DNA of 63,659 bases, counting the filler. It is 7 parts of 7 records of this genome, joined end to end, with 100 filler letters (N's around TTAATTAATTAA, not from the genome) between each part and the next. Parts side by side here need not be neighbours in the genome. Positions count along the whole stretch, not along the records: positions 55,530 to 63,659 come from SRR31147125_15426; 6 more parts are not named here. One strand, given 5' to 3'. A program made the translations under genes and the position numbers. The notes under the pieces were generated by a model. It saw only the letters and a list, made by a program, of their open reading frames with translations, was not told where the DNA came from and did no database searches. How positions within the stretch are numbered: the first letter of the stretch is position 1; the number at the start of each line of letters is the position of its first letter. Below are positions 62,510 to 63,659 of this stretch, one piece after another.

Positions 62510-62860
62510 TCATTTATTATCAATCTTTTTTTGAAAAGCCTCATCAGCTAACAATTCCATTGCTCTATTAATGGGTATCTGGTAAATACCGCGTTTTTCA
62601 TCTATTACTTTATAGGAAAACAGAGCTTCTGTTTCGCGTGCTTCCAATTCGCGCCAATCTGTTGATTCCGGACTTAACACAGACTCGTAAATCTGGTTTT
62701 CTTTTGTGGCCATAAAAATTTCATTCATTGCGATAATAACAGTGATAATAACAAGAATGATAATAAAGGCGGTTAGAAATAGCTTTTTGGTATCAACATC
62801 AGATTTTTCATATTGTGCCGTTTGGTGAGGTCCGCTACTTTCCATCCTGTTTTCATTCAT
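62510..62860 (-). CDS. Single-TM protein, ActG-like
   Basis: YE.SD, TM helix, Y..ID...G.YQIPI.RAM; located after actF. Confidence 0.6.
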   Translation of the reverse strand: MNENRMESSGPHQTAQYEKSDVDTKKLFLTAFIIILVIITVIIAMNEIFMATKENQIYESVLSPESTDWRELEARETEALFSYKVIDEKRGIYQIPINRAMELLADEAFQKKIDNK

Positions 62861-62869
62861 GTTATTTCC

Positions 62870-63659
62870 TTAATAATTTTTAATGTTGATAGATTGCTCT
62901 AAAAAAGGATCTTTAACAGGTAAAAGTGAATGCGCCGTTAATTTCCTCCATAATAACCAAAGAAAAATACCTCCAATACCCACAAAAGTGGTAAAATCCA
63001 TCCAGGATATATGTACACCATGGTGATGCAGATTAGGTAAAATCAGCCAGTACAAATCAAGCCAATGCATAAAAAGTAACCAGATGCTCATGACAGCCAT
63101 AACTGTAAATTTTCTTTTATTTCCTCTTATCATGAGAATAAAAAACGGGACAACAAAATGGCCCAAAACCAGTAACAGACTGGCAAATTTCCATGAACCA
63201 ACCCATCTGTGCCTGAACCAAATCGTTTCTTCCGGAATATTTGCGTACCAAATGAGAAAATATTGTGAAAAGGCCATGTATGCCCAAAAAACAACAAATG
63301 TAAATAAAAGTTTACCCACATCATGAAAATGTTCAACGGTAATAACATCCTCAAAAAAAGGACGTCTTTTCAAAAATACAAGCAAAAGAGTGATACTTGC
63401 AAGGGCTGCCATGGTGCATCCGCTAAAAATATAGACTCCGAAAATAGTAGAATACCAGTGAGCATCCAGAGACATAATCCAGTCAAATGATGAAAATGTG
63501 ATTGTCATGGCAAAAAATAATATACTGATGGCACTAACTTTTCGCGACTTTTTCAGGCGTGTTTTTTCAGCCTGAATGTCCTGGTTTAGGGACTCTTTGT
63601 ACAATTCAATTGCAAAAAATGTCCAAATTGCAAAATACAGGAATGATCTAATGGAAAAA
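62870..63659 (-). CDS. actF: Alternative complex III subunit ActF-like (5' truncated)
   Basis: DW.MSL..HWYST.FG, H.HD.GK, FWAY..FSQ...IWYAN.PEE. Confidence 0.85.
   Translation of the reverse strand, partial: FSIRSFLYFAIWTFFAIELYKESLNQDIQAEKTRLKKSRKVSAISILFFAMTITFSSFDWIMSLDAHWYSTIFGVYIFSGCTMAALASITLLLVFLKRRPFFEDVITVEHFHDVGKLLFTFVVFWAYMAFSQYFLIWYANIPEETIWFRHRWVGSWKFASLLLVLGHFVVPFFILMIRGNKRKFTVMAVMSIWLLFMHWLDLYWLILPNLHHHGVHISWMDFTTFVGIGGIFLWLLWRKLTAHSLLPVKDPFLEQSINIKNY

Overview
This window is not one locus. It is seven unrelated contig fragments joined by six artificial 100-nt spacers (Ns around TTAATTAATTAA): (1) 1-6894, Bacteroidota-like: three tandem TPR lipoproteins, a VWA membrane protein and an M28 peptidase. 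(2) 6995-22342: a sugar-catabolism cluster, a cobalamin riboswitch with NrdR-like boxes ahead of nrdDG, and secreted proteins with NYPNPF-type tails. (3) 22443-34394, GC-rich Clostridia: spoIIIAF-AH, asp23, nusB, tsaD-like, xseA, GNAT, a REP-associated tyrosine transposase, xseB, ispA, a ~644-nt OLE RNA with oapA, dxs, tlyA, nadK. (4) 34495-41927: B12 radical SAM, serine hydrolase, GH5, lysA-like. (5) 42028-49193, AT-rich Acholeplasmatales-like: ppdK, ATP- and PPi-type PFKs. (6) 49294-55429: an uncharacterised mobile-element-like operon with a beta-clamp homologue, a neighbour carrying a QFSLF clamp-binding motif, three paralogous Zn-ribbon domains and a methyltransferase lacking its catalytic motif. 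(7) 55530-63659: an ACIII/caa3 oxidase cluster. The best-supported non-coding highlight is the OLE RNA. The best candidate for an undescribed system is fragment 6. Several frameshifts lie in homopolymer runs and look like sequencing errors. Family and taxonomic calls come from motif recognition only; no searches were run.
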